DNA from: Eubacteriales bacterium
GTDB taxonomy: Bacteria > Bacillota > Clostridia > Oscillospirales > CAG-272
Length of the DNA: 64,000 nt
Assembly (NCBI GenBank): GCA_045644805.1
Contig: JAZRHO010000043.1
Location: 4,193-68,192 of the forward strand
Direction: 5' to 3'
Notes under the pieces: model-generated
The model's input: the letters and a program-made list of their open reading frames with translations, nothing else
Database searches by the model: none
Told to the model about the DNA's origin: nothing
Position numbers and translations under genes: made by a program
Shown: one piece after another, positions 27,063 to 36,257 of the stretch
Position numbering within the stretch: position 1 is the stretch's first letter
How the letters are laid out: every line of letters starts with the position of its first letter

Positions 27063-27397
27063 TATTCTTCCACCTTGATAGTTACCGAAATATCCTCATT
27101 GTTATTTATATCATCACTAACGCCAAACTCAATTCCGAGGAGAAATTTTACGAACGAGGGATCAAAGCGTCTTGTGAGCGCCGAGTCGGTAAGGTAATCC
27201 CTTCTGATTTCATTTGTTTCTTTCCATGCTTTGTCGAACTCTGTGTGCTTTCTGAAACTATTGAGATCCTCGACCGTAAAAGCTGTATGGCGTGCGAATT
27301 TCGATATACTTGGAATTTCTCCGTTGTTTATCGAATTGATATAAAAGGTATATAGGAGTCTCGGTAAATCCTTAGTATACTTTTTTCCTTGTTTCAA
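27062..27397 (-). CDS. Terminase small subunit (putative)
   Basis: 111 aa abutting TerL; HTH-like PSISKFAR, helical core and C-terminal beta strand ISVTIKVEE; AAGGAG RBS, TTG start. Confidence 0.72.
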   Translation of the reverse strand: MKQGKKYTKDLPRLLYTFYINSINNGEIPSISKFARHTAFTVEDLNSFRKHTEFDKAWKETNEIRRDYLTDSALTRRFDPSFVKFLLGIEFGVSDDINNNEDISVTIKVEE

Positions 27398-27427
27398 AAT
27401 CGATCTCCTTTTCTTTTGCGAACATTA

Positions 27428-27502
27428 TCACCGTTGCTTAAATCGCTTTTCTTCATATATATTGAATGGTAGAAAAGCGCGTTGCTTTACGGTAATTTGC
27501 AA
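27428..27502 (-). CDS. Possible 24-aa leader peptide upstream of terS
   Basis: GGAGGTG-N5-TTG; MQITVKQRAFLPFNIYEEKRFKQR. Confidence 0.4.
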   Translation of the reverse strand: MQITVKQRAFLPFNIYEEKRFKQR

Positions 27503-27545
27503 ATTTTCACCTCCGCGGCAGGTGTCCTTCTGTGTTCGCAAATCC

Positions 27546-27554
27546 ATTATATCA
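27546..27554 (-). promoter_or_regulatory. Extended -10 promoter element for the phage-like operon
   Basis: TGATATAAT (TGnTATAAT) on the minus strand; -35 is weak. Confidence 0.55.
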
Positions 27555-27632
27555 AAAACACCGAAAAAAGTAAGTACAGTCGAAATACGAAAAAAATCTC
27601 TGAAAATTTCTTTTTATTTGTGAAATATAAAC

Positions 27633-27659
27633 AAAAAATCCCTTCTTTTCGAAGGGATT
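27633..27659 (-). terminator. Terminator of the ABC-F operon, insulating the phage-like operon
   Basis: aatcccttc...gaagggatt stem with a T-run on the minus strand. Confidence 0.75.
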
Positions 27660-27714
27660 AAATGAATAGGTATAATTTTGATAAAAAATAGTTTTTCGCG
27701 CTTAAAATCAGCGG

Positions 27715-29655
27715 TCACATGATTAACTCATATAGCTTCATAAGCTCTTCCTCTATCTCGGATTTACGAGTCTCGATTTCTGCTGCGCGAACGTAATTTG
27801 TCGCAGCCTCACCGAAAAGCTCCGCTTCAAGCGCTTCGAGCTCTTTCTCAAGCTCTTCTGTTTTTTTCTTGGCATCTGACAGTCTTTTTTCCTCTGCGCG
27901 TCTGTCGGCATTTTCACGTTTTCGTTTTTCGTAATCCTCTTTGGAGCTTCGCTTTGCTATCGACGCTTCATTTAACGCAGAATTTATCTTTGCTTCCCGA
28001 AGAAACTCTCTTATGCGCATATATTCTGTATATGCGTCATCGTATTCTTCTAAAGAGTAATCGTAAAGACCTCTTTCGGAATCGCGGTCTATTTCAATTA
28101 TTCGTGTTGCTATACGGTTGATGAAATATCTGTCATGCGAAACGGCTATTATCGTGCCGTCAAATGCCAGTAAAGCGTTTTCGAGCGCTTCTGCCGAACC
28201 TATATCAAGATGGTTGGTAGGCTCGTCCATAACAAGAAGATTAACCTTTTTCAGCATAAGCTTTGCAAGCGTCAGTCTTGCTCGCTCTCCGCCCGATAGA
28301 ACGCTTATGGGCTTGTCTATATCCTCTGCACCGAATAAAAACAGTGCAAGCGTTGAACGAAGCTCAACGTCTTTTTTGTCGGGATACTCGTCGCGCATTT
28401 CTTCAAAAACCGTCTTGTTTACGGAAAGACCGCGGTTTTCTTGATCATAATAACCGATTTTTATGTTATAACCGAGTGTAAGCTTACCTTCGGTGGGAGT
28501 AAGCATTGAATTTATCAGCTTCATCAGCGTGGATTTGCCACATCCGTTCTTTCCTAAAAATAAGACTCTTTCGTATCTGCGTACTAGGAATGAAATGTCT
28601 TTTATAATAGGTGTATCCGAATATGAGAATGAAAGTCCTTTAACCTCAAGCACATCTGTCGCGCTTTCTTCCTCAGAATTAAATTTCAAGCGGATATCCT
28701 TGGGGGCAGGCGGAGCAAGCTCAACTTTTTCCATCCTTGCGAGCTGTTTTTCCTTTGAGCGTATGGTAACGAAATTGTGCTCACGGTTACAGCGTCGTTG
28801 GAATTCAATGTTGGCACGTATCTTTGCGATTTCCTTTTGTTGCTCCTTATAACGCTTTTCAAGAGATGCACGTTCTGCTTCTTGCATATCCTTAGTTGCT
28901 GTGTAATTTCCGTTATAAAGGCGCGCGCCCGCATATTGTATATGAAGTGTTTTGTTTGTTGTTCTGTCGAGAAAATATCTGTCATGCGAGATAATTATAA
29001 CCGTTTTTTTATAAGATGCTATAAACGATTCAAGCCATGCAAGCGCATCAATATCCAGATGATTTGTAGGCTCGTCAAGCATAAGAATATCCGGCTCGGT
29101 AGCAAGCAGTCTTGCAAGAGCAAGTCTTGTGTACTGACCTCCCGATAGCGTTGAAATTTGTCTTTCTATTAGCTCCTCCTCAAACCCAAGACGCAAAAGC
29201 ATGCTCCGAGAACGGGCTCTGAATTCTAGTCCGCCTCCTTGTGCGTATCGGCGATTCAGTTCTGTAAGCTCTTCTGTTTTTCTTACAGCTTCATCATGTC
29301 GTCCAAGGTCAGACAGGTAGGATATTTCTCCTTCGAGTGCCGAAATTTTATTTTCAATTGATAAAAGAGCGGGGAATGCCGAGTACATGTACTGAAGCGC
29401 CGTCATACTTCCCGGAAGCGCGGTAAGATCGGGATTTTGCTCAAGACATCCGATTTCATATCCGCGCTGAATATAAACGGCACCCGTGTCGGGTTTATAC
29501 GCGCCGGTAATGACCTTAAAAAGCGAGGTTTTTCCGGCTCCGTTGACTCCGATAACGCCGACTTTATCTGAGTCGTTAACGGCAAATGATATATTTTTTA
29601 ACACCGTCTCTGTTCCAAAAGACAGGGTGATATCTGATACCGATAGTGCAATCAT
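27715..29655 (-). CDS. ABC-F family ATP-binding protein
   Basis: Two NBDs (GVNGAGKT, GKNGCGKS, LSGG, DEPTNHLD x2), no TM, C-terminal coiled coil. Confidence 0.95.
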   Translation of the reverse strand: MIALSVSDITLSFGTETVLKNISFAVNDSDKVGVIGVNGAGKTSLFKVITGAYKPDTGAVYIQRGYEIGCLEQNPDLTALPGSMTALQYMYSAFPALLSIENKISALEGEISYLSDLGRHDEAVRKTEELTELNRRYAQGGGLEFRARSRSMLLRLGFEEELIERQISTLSGGQYTRLALARLLATEPDILMLDEPTNHLDIDALAWLESFIASYKKTVIIISHDRYFLDRTTNKTLHIQYAGARLYNGNYTATKDMQEAERASLEKRYKEQQKEIAKIRANIEFQRRCNREHNFVTIRSKEKQLARMEKVELAPPAPKDIRLKFNSEEESATDVLEVKGLSFSYSDTPIIKDISFLVRRYERVLFLGKNGCGKSTLMKLINSMLTPTEGKLTLGYNIKIGYYDQENRGLSVNKTVFEEMRDEYPDKKDVELRSTLALFLFGAEDIDKPISVLSGGERARLTLAKLMLKKVNLLVMDEPTNHLDIGSAEALENALLAFDGTIIAVSHDRYFINRIATRIIEIDRDSERGLYDYSLEEYDDAYTEYMRIREFLREAKINSALNEASIAKRSSKEDYEKRKRENADRRAEEKRLSDAKKKTEELEKELEALEAELFGEAATNYVRAAEIETRKSEIEEELMKLYELIM

Positions 29656-29694
29656 AACTAAAAATTCCTTTTTGGAAAATGCGAAATAAGGTTG

Positions 29695-30645
29695 TTAAGT
29701 GTTATCGTTTTCTAATATACGGACTAGCTTCGAAAAATCTTCGGGCAGTGAAGACTCAAAGGTCATTCGTTCGCCTGTGCGAGGATGGGTAAGTGTTAAT
29801 TTTTTTGCGTGAAGCGCTTGACCTGAAAGAAGCTTTGCATGCTCACGCTCAAACCGGCTCTTACCTCCACCGTAAACCGTATCGCCGAGAAGCGGATGCC
29901 CCATATGCGACATATGCACTCTTATCTGATGCGTTCTGCCTGTTTCAAGCACGAGCTTAAGATAGCTGATATTTCCGTATGAGCATATAACCTCGTAGTG
30001 TGTTATGGCATGCTTAGTGTGCGCTGACGGCGAAAGAAGAACCGCCATTCTCTTTCTGTCAACGGGATGCCGTCCTATCGGTAAATTTACAGTACCGCGC
30101 TCTTCCTTGAATGAACCGCTGACAAGAGCGTGATATTCACGTACGATTCCGTGATGCTCAAGCTCTTCGGACAGCGCGCGATGGGAAAAATCATTTTTCG
30201 CGCAAACAAGAAGTCCTGAGGTATCTTTGTCGATTCTATGCACAATACCCGGTCGCATAACGCCGCCGATTCCCGAAAGTGAACCCTTGCAATGGTAAAG
30301 AAGCGCATTTACGAGAGTGCCGTCTGCGTTTCCTGCGGCAGGGTGAACAACCATTCCCGAAGGCTTGTTTATAACGATAATATCCGAGTCTTCATAAATG
30401 ACGTCAAGCGGAATATTTTCCGGCTTAGCTTCGTATTCCGTGATCTCGTCGGGGATAAATTCGATTTTGTCGCCTTCTTTAACAGCATATTTTTTATCGA
30501 TTTTTTTAGGCGGATTATCTCCGCCTATATTGACGCGTCCGTATTCTATGGCACGCGTCGCGGCGCTTCTTGATTCGCCGCTCATTTTGGCAATATAAGA
30601 GTCAAGACGGATGCCCGCATCCGTCTTTTCAACAATAAATATCAT
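29695..30645 (-). CDS. rluD: RluA-family pseudouridine synthase (RluD-like)
   Basis: S4 domain, NKPSGMVVHP, HRIDKDTSG and TGRTHQIRVH motifs. Confidence 0.9.
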   Translation of the reverse strand: MIFIVEKTDAGIRLDSYIAKMSGESRSAATRAIEYGRVNIGGDNPPKKIDKKYAVKEGDKIEFIPDEITEYEAKPENIPLDVIYEDSDIIVINKPSGMVVHPAAGNADGTLVNALLYHCKGSLSGIGGVMRPGIVHRIDKDTSGLLVCAKNDFSHRALSEELEHHGIVREYHALVSGSFKEERGTVNLPIGRHPVDRKRMAVLLSPSAHTKHAITHYEVICSYGNISYLKLVLETGRTHQIRVHMSHMGHPLLGDTVYGGGKSRFEREHAKLLSGQALHAKKLTLTHPRTGERMTFESSLPEDFSKLVRILENDNT

Positions 30646-31166
30646 TTTTTCTCTTCGTCTTTCTTGCTTTCCTTTGCGGCAGCGGCTTCTCGCCTTATAT
30701 CTTGAATCATGGCTATGGCAAGCAAAGCTGCACCAACGCATACAAATGAATCTGCTACGTTAAAAACCGCAAAGTTTATAATTCTGAAATCAATAAAGTC
30801 AACAACGAAACCGAAAGCCAAACGGTCGATCATGTTTCCGATACCTCCGGAAATTATCATAGCAACCGCGGCTGCGCAAAGTTTTGTTTCTGCATATCCG
30901 AAATAAAGATAAACGGCCAATCCAACGATCATTACAGATGAAGTGACCATAAATATCCAGCGGTGGTCCTTAAATGAACCGAATGCAGCCCCCGTGTTTT
31001 CTACGTAAGTAAGGTGAATAACTCCTTTTATTATAGGGCATGTTTCAACTTTTGTAAGGAATTCCGAGGCCAGCCATTTAGTTATCTGGTCAAATATAAT
31101 ACCGAGTGATATTATGGAAGAATACAGAGCATATTCGAGGAGAGTTCTTTTTTTGATTTTAAGCAT
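30642..31166 (-). CDS. lspA: Lipoprotein signal peptidase
   Basis: DQITK, NTGAAFG, GNMIDR, VVDFID and FNVADS motifs. Confidence 0.95.
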   Translation of the reverse strand: MLKIKKRTLLEYALYSSIISLGIIFDQITKWLASEFLTKVETCPIIKGVIHLTYVENTGAAFGSFKDHRWIFMVTSSVMIVGLAVYLYFGYAETKLCAAAVAMIISGGIGNMIDRLAFGFVVDFIDFRIINFAVFNVADSFVCVGAALLAIAMIQDIRREAAAAKESKKDEEKK

Positions 31167-31173
31167 TTTAAGT

Positions 31174-31578
31174 TTATTCCTCGTCAGAAACATCAACGTC
31201 GCTGGGCGTTATAATATATGTATTCTGAGCTACGGCATTGATATATCCGTCGGTAGTATAGGTAACTCCGTTTAAGAAATCGAGCATTCTCATGCATACT
31301 CCGCGCTCAAGAAGCTCGGTGTTAAGAACTACCGTGCATCCTTCAATAAGGAAATCCGCTATCTTGCTCACTTCATTAAAGGATTCCGGGCGCACGACCT
31401 TAAATTTGATGCTTCCTTCTCTGTCCGCATTATCAACACTGACATTTACACCTTGACTCGCTGCCTCGGTTTTCTGAGGCTTTATATCCTCTTCAACCTC
31501 ATCAAAATTTTTAAAAACTATTTCCTCATCCGTGCCATGAAGCTTACGGTTTATTTTTCCTGCGATTTTTTCAAACAT
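31174..31578 (-). CDS. sepF: Cell division protein SepF
   Basis: P.SF.E...IAD, VVLN, RMLDFLNG and YIITP motifs; follows yggS. Confidence 0.9.
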   Translation of the reverse strand: MFEKIAGKINRKLHGTDEEIVFKNFDEVEEDIKPQKTEAASQGVNVSVDNADREGSIKFKVVRPESFNEVSKIADFLIEGCTVVLNTELLERGVCMRMLDFLNGVTYTTDGYINAVAQNTYIITPSDVDVSDEE

Positions 31579-31590
31579 TGAAAATACCTC

Positions 31591-32310
31591 CTAATCTTTC
31601 ACAAAAAGTCTGCGTCCGACCCGTATCATAGTCGAACCCTCTTCGATTGCAGCCTCATAGCTGTCACTCATACCCATTGAAAGGGTAGCGTCTGCACCGA
31701 AGTTATAACGCGAATTCAAATCATCAAAAAGTTTTTTCGTAAGAGCAAAATATTTGCGGAGCTCTGAAATCGGAATATCTGCCGGACCCATTGTCATAAG
31801 CCCCTTTACGTCAAGACTTGGATAATTCTTCAGTGAACAAAGAAATTCTTCGGCATTCTGCGGTAAAACCCCGCTTTTTTGAGGCTCGCATGCCGAGTTG
31901 ATTTCGATGAGTACCGGAATTTTTTTGCCAAGCTTTTGACCTTGCTTTTCAAGCTCCTTTGCAAGTGAGAGTGAATCAAGCGAGTGAATAAGCGACGCGA
32001 TAGGCGATACGAGCTTCGCCTTGTTCGACTGAAGAGTTCCTATCTGGTGAAGTTCGGTAGCAAACCCGCCTTCTTTGAGGAGCTCTCCTCTGCGCAAAAG
32101 CTCTCCCGGACGGTTTTCACCTATGGCAAAGCTTTCATATTCCGAGCCAAATGAAGCGAGTGCCATAAGCTCTCCATCGCTTCCGCTTTTTGTAACGCAA
32201 ATGAGCCTTGGTGCTTTGGTGCCGACCTTCATCGACGCACGTGATATTTCTTCATTAAGATTTTCAAGATTTCTCCTGATATAATTGAATTCATTCATAG
32301 ACAATACCAT
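31591..32310 (-). CDS. yggS: PLP homeostasis protein YggS/PROSC
   Basis: VTKS, GENR, IGTLQSNK, GLMTM and LSMGMS motifs. Confidence 0.93.
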   Translation of the reverse strand: MVLSMNEFNYIRRNLENLNEEISRASMKVGTKAPRLICVTKSGSDGELMALASFGSEYESFAIGENRPGELLRRGELLKEGGFATELHQIGTLQSNKAKLVSPIASLIHSLDSLSLAKELEKQGQKLGKKIPVLIEINSACEPQKSGVLPQNAEEFLCSLKNYPSLDVKGLMTMGPADIPISELRKYFALTKKLFDDLNSRYNFGADATLSMGMSDSYEAAIEEGSTMIRVGRRLFVKD

Positions 32311-32457
32311 TTTTACAATATTCCGTTTATAATTATATCATATATATATAGCCAATTGCAAGTGTTTTTTAAATATTTTCAGTGAGAAACTTACTTGTAC
32401 CTATTGATTTTATACAGCGGATTTGTTATACTATATTAAATAAAGGACGGTACTTAT

Positions 32458-32868
32458 ATGCACGATAAGATAAAGGGAGCAAGTCTGCCATCGGTGGCAT
32501 CGCTTGCATATATAGGAGACGCGCGTCATTCGCTGTATATACGCACGATGCTTGTAAAAGGCGGAGCGTGCAAATCGGGTGAGCTCAACGAGCTTTCTTT
32601 ACAGTATGTTACAGCATCATCTCAAGCAAAAGCTTTTTCGCGTATTGAGCCAATGCTTGCAGAGGATGAGAGGGACGTGTTCAGACGCGCTTATAATTCT
32701 ACGCATTTGAATAAGCCGAAGAAGGCTTCGGGAAAGGATTACCGAACGGCTACAGGATTTGAAGCTGTCATCGGAATGTTGTCATATATCGGTGATGAGG
32801 ACCGTATTGAAGAACTTATGAAGATTGCCCACGAGGACGGAGGACTTGAAAATGATACAGAAAATTAA
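32458..32868 (+). CDS. mrnC: Mini-ribonuclease III
   Basis: LAYIGDA and YRTATGFEAVIG motifs. Confidence 0.88.
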   Translation: MHDKIKGASLPSVASLAYIGDARHSLYIRTMLVKGGACKSGELNELSLQYVTASSQAKAFSRIEPMLAEDERDVFRRAYNSTHLNKPKKASGKDYRTATGFEAVIGMLSYIGDEDRIEELMKIAHEDGGLENDTEN

Positions 32869-34093
32869 AGGAACGATGGATATTTTGCCCGACGAAACAC
32901 CACTGTTTCGCCATATAGAAAGCATAATGCGTGAAGAGGCTGAAAAGTATGGATACGGTGAGATTCGCACTCCTACTTTTGAAAATACAGAGCTTTTCGT
33001 ACGCGGAGTGGGAGATACCACCGATGTTGTTCAAAAGGAGATGTATACTTTTGCAGACCGAGACGAGGGAAGGTCAATATCGCTTCGTCCCGAAGGCACG
33101 GCATCCGTCGCAAGAGCTATTATAGAAAACGGCAAATGCTCGGATACCATGCCATTGAAGTATTATTATATAATTTCCTGCTTCCGCCACGAGAAGCCGC
33201 AAGCAGGCAGAAGCCGTGAGTTTTTCCAATTCGGAACTGAAATGTTTGGCTCGGAGAATCCTGCATCTGACGCTACCGCAATAGCTCTTGCAAATTCGGT
33301 AATAAGGCGTCTCGGACTTCGCAACGTTAAGCTTCACTTGAATTCCATAGGCTGTAAAGAGTGCCGTCCCGAGTACCGTTCTGCACTTGTTTCCTATTTT
33401 GAAAGCCACAAGGACAAGCTTTGTGACACTTGCAAGGAGCGTCTTCTTAAAAATCCACTCCGCCTTTTGGACTGCAAAAACCCGGATTGTCACAATGTAG
33501 CTAAGGGAGCGCCGAAGACTGTGGAGCACCTTTGCCAGTCCTGTAATTCCAAGTTTGAAATGCTTAAGTCGTCTCTTGACGCTATGGGCATAGAGTATAC
33601 TGTTGACTCATCTATTGTAAGAGGCTTAGATTACTACACGGGCGCTGTATTTGAGTTTATTGCTGAGGGAATCGGAGCGCAGTCAACCGTATGCGGCGGA
33701 GGCCGTTATGACGGACTCGTTGAGTCGCTTGGCGGACCTAAGCTTACCGGTATAGGCTTTGGTATGGGTATTACCCGTGTCATTTTAGCAATGAAGGAGC
33801 AGGGAGTTGCTGATATTGCTCCCGTATGCCCGATGCTTTACGTTGCTGCACTTGGCGCGCCTGCCCAGATTAAGGGGCTTGCCATTGTGGAGCGTCTTCG
33901 TTCGGCAGGCAGATATGCCGAATGCGATATTGTTGGCAGAAGCCTTAAAGCACAGATGAAATACGCTAATAAGATAGGCGCAAAATATACGCTGATTATT
34001 GGAGATAGTGAAATTGAGGTGGGCAAAGCTCAACTCAGAAATATGAGTGACGGAACTCAAACTGAGGTCGAACTTGACAATTTTGTAATCTAA
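32852..34093 (+). CDS. hisS: Histidine--tRNA ligase
   Basis: KEMYTF, LRPEGTA, PQAGRSREF, RGLDYY and GGRYD motifs. Confidence 0.97.
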   Translation: MIQKIKGTMDILPDETPLFRHIESIMREEAEKYGYGEIRTPTFENTELFVRGVGDTTDVVQKEMYTFADRDEGRSISLRPEGTASVARAIIENGKCSDTMPLKYYYIISCFRHEKPQAGRSREFFQFGTEMFGSENPASDATAIALANSVIRRLGLRNVKLHLNSIGCKECRPEYRSALVSYFESHKDKLCDTCKERLLKNPLRLLDCKNPDCHNVAKGAPKTVEHLCQSCNSKFEMLKSSLDAMGIEYTVDSSIVRGLDYYTGAVFEFIAEGIGAQSTVCGGGRYDGLVESLGGPKLTGIGFGMGITRVILAMKEQGVADIAPVCPMLYVAALGAPAQIKGLAIVERLRSAGRYAECDIVGRSLKAQMKYANKIGAKYTLIIGDSEIEVGKAQLRNMSDGTQTEVELDNFVI

Positions 34094-34123
34094 AGGTTAC
34101 ATTTATACAATATTTACTTTGTT

Positions 34124-34182
34124 TGGGACATTTAGAAACATAAGAACAAGTATTTGAATGTGCTTGGTTTCCAAATGTCCCA
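34124..34182 (+). terminator. Extended hairpin between hisS and the YgiQ-family gene
   Basis: tgggacattt...aaatgtccca outer stem with inner pairing. Confidence 0.45.
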
Positions 34183-34226
34183 TTATTTCCTGTGACAGTC
34201 AGCTTGCTATGAAAGGAGTCCTTGAT

Positions 34227-36257
34227 ATGAAGCCGAGAGAGAGCTTTTTACCGGTGACGGCGGAAGATGTAAAAGAAAGGAATTGGTCTTGTGTTGATTT
34301 TGTTTATGTAAGCGGTGATGCATACGTTGACCATCCCTCATTCGGAGTATCAATAATCAGCAGAGTGCTTGAAGCTGAAGGATTTCGTGTAGCTATTCTT
34401 GCGCAGCCTGATTACAAGAGTTCCGAGGACTTCAAGCGCTTCGGAAAACCGCGTCTTGGTTTCCTTGTGACAGCGGGAAATATTGACTCAATGGTAGCTC
34501 ACTATACCGTGTCCAAAAAGAAAAGAAGCTACGATTATTATAGTGTCGGCGGAAAAATGGGCAAGCGTCCTGACAGAGCAGTAATTGTATATTGCAACAG
34601 AATAAGAGAAGCTTATGGGGACGTGCCTATAATTATAGGAGGGCTTGAGGCATCGCTTCGGCGCTTTGCGCATTATGACTATTGGGATGATAAGGTAAGA
34701 AGGAGTATTCTTGTTGATTCGAGAGCCGATATTCTTGCCTACGGCATGGGAGAGAATATTCTTATACGTATTGCAAAGCTTATGGATAAAGGTGTTCCAA
34801 TAAAAAAGATACGTGATGTACGCGGTACTGCTTACTTATGTAAACGCGAGGATAAAATTAACTTTGATTTTATACCTACATTCGACTATGACGTTTTAAA
34901 ATCGGATAAATCGTCGTATGCAAAGTCATTCGCTGTACAGTATAAAAACACCGATTCGGTACATGGAAAGGCTATCGTCGAATTTTACGGTGATAAAATG
35001 CTTGTCCAAAATCCTCCGATGGCTCCGCTTGAGAGAGAGGAGCTTGACAGAGTTTATTCTCTTCCGTATGCGCGTGACTATCACCCTGATTATGAAAAGG
35101 AAGGCGGTGTGCCCGCCATAACCGAAGTGAAGTTTTCGATAACGCATAACAGAGGATGCTTCGGAGCATGTAATTTCTGTGCTATTGCGTTTCATCAAGG
35201 CAGAGCGGTTCGCTCAAGAAGTGAAGAGAGTGTTATAAAAGAAGCTGAGCTTATCGCGAAAATGCCGGATTTCAAAGGCTACATAAATGACGTCGGCGGA
35301 CCTACCGCCAACTTCCGATACCCATCCTGTGATAAGCAGGCGGAGTGCGGTGTGTGTCCCGGCAAAAAGTGCCTTGCGCCAAATCCGTGTAAAAATCTTA
35401 AGGTAGATCATTCTGAATATATGAATATGCTATCAAAGATAGAGAAGATAAAAGGCATAAAAAAGGTATTTATACGTTCAGGTATACGTTTTGACTATCT
35501 CATTTATGACGATGATGATTCGTTTTTCAGAAAGCTTGTCCGCGATCACGTTTCAGGTCAGCTTAAGGTCGCACCGGAGCATTGTGCGAATAACGCGCTT
35601 TTGATGATGGGAAAGCCCAATGTTTCGGTGTATGAAAAATTCCGCAAAAAATACTTTGATTTGTGCCGAGAGGCAGGTCTTGAGCAGTATCTCGTTCCTT
35701 ATTTGATGTCAAGCCATCCGGGAACAACCATGAACGACGCTGTGGAAATGGCACTTTGGCTTAAGAAATGGGGATACTCTCCCGAACAGGTTCAGGATTT
35801 CTATCCTACTCCCGGAACTATATCTACCGTAATGTATTATACAGGAATCCATCCAATGACAGGAAAGACTGTAGCAGTAACTACCGATTACCATGAAAAA
35901 ATACTTCAGCGCGCCCTTTTGCAGTATTCTCGCCCTGAAAATGCAAATCTCGTAAGAGAGGCATTGAAGCTTGCCGGCAGGGAAGATCTTATTGGGTATG
36001 AAGAGGGATGCCTTGTTCGTCCGGCATTTGCTCAAAGCGCAAAAGGCCGATACTTCCAAAATGAACAAAAGTCCTCGCGCACATCACGGAAAAGTCATTC
36101 TTCAAATATGAATAACTCTACCACATTTGGGAAAAGCAAAGTTTCCTCGAATCAAAAAAAATCACCGTCTAAATTGCGTAGCGTAAAAAAATCAAAAACT
36201 ATGTCGAATCTACGTGATAAGTCTGTGCGCAAACTTAACAAAAAAGGTGCGAAATAA
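34227..36257 (+). CDS. YgiQ family radical SAM protein
   Basis: GDAYVDHPSFG, RGCFGACNFC, DVGGPTAN and QVQDFYPTP motifs; basic C-terminal tail. Confidence 0.92.
   Translation: MKPRESFLPVTAEDVKERNWSCVDFVYVSGDAYVDHPSFGVSIISRVLEAEGFRVAILAQPDYKSSEDFKRFGKPRLGFLVTAGNIDSMVAHYTVSKKKRSYDYYSVGGKMGKRPDRAVIVYCNRIREAYGDVPIIIGGLEASLRRFAHYDYWDDKVRRSILVDSRADILAYGMGENILIRIAKLMDKGVPIKKIRDVRGTAYLCKREDKINFDFIPTFDYDVLKSDKSSYAKSFAVQYKNTDSVHGKAIVEFYGDKMLVQNPPMAPLEREELDRVYSLPYARDYHPDYEKEGGVPAITEVKFSITHNRGCFGACNFCAIAFHQGRAVRSRSEESVIKEAELIAKMPDFKGYINDVGGPTANFRYPSCDKQAECGVCPGKKCLAPNPCKNLKVDHSEYMNMLSKIEKIKGIKKVFIRSGIRFDYLIYDDDDSFFRKLVRDHVSGQLKVAPEHCANNALLMMGKPNVSVYEKFRKKYFDLCREAGLEQYLVPYLMSSHPGTTMNDAVEMALWLKKWGYSPEQVQDFYPTPGTISTVMYYTGIHPMTGKTVAVTTDYHEKILQRALLQYSRPENANLVREALKLAGREDLIGYEEGCLVRPAFAQSAKGRYFQNEQKSSRTSRKSHSSNMNNSTTFGKSKVSSNQKKSPSKLRSVKKSKTMSNLRDKSVRKLNKKGAK

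Larger units (their letters stand above)
13376..27397 (-). mobile_element. Phage-derived head/packaging/short-tail operon lacking integration, immunity and replication genes (candidate GTA or domesticated prophage)
   Basis: 16 co-oriented, tightly packed ORFs including TerL, portal and MCP; bounded by terminators and host genes. Confidence 0.85.

Noticed and set aside
13376-27397. Tailocin/contractile injection system, encapsulin or PICI-type satellite
   Set aside because: It has terminase, portal and capsid but no sheath, tube, baseplate or tape measure. Encapsulins lack terminase and portal. Satellites carry an integrase and a primase/replicase.
27415-27542. LexA (CGAAC-N4-GTTCG) or Spo0A boxes in the terS leader
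   Set aside because: Only isolated CGAAC half-sites ~110 bp apart and mismatched TGNCGAA-like words are present, which is not enough to call either box.
13307-27714. Complete inducible prophage with att sites
   Set aside because: No integrase, repressor or replication genes were recognised, and I saw no shared direct repeat or tRNA in the two flanking gaps. A deletion-derived cryptic prophage cannot be fully excluded.
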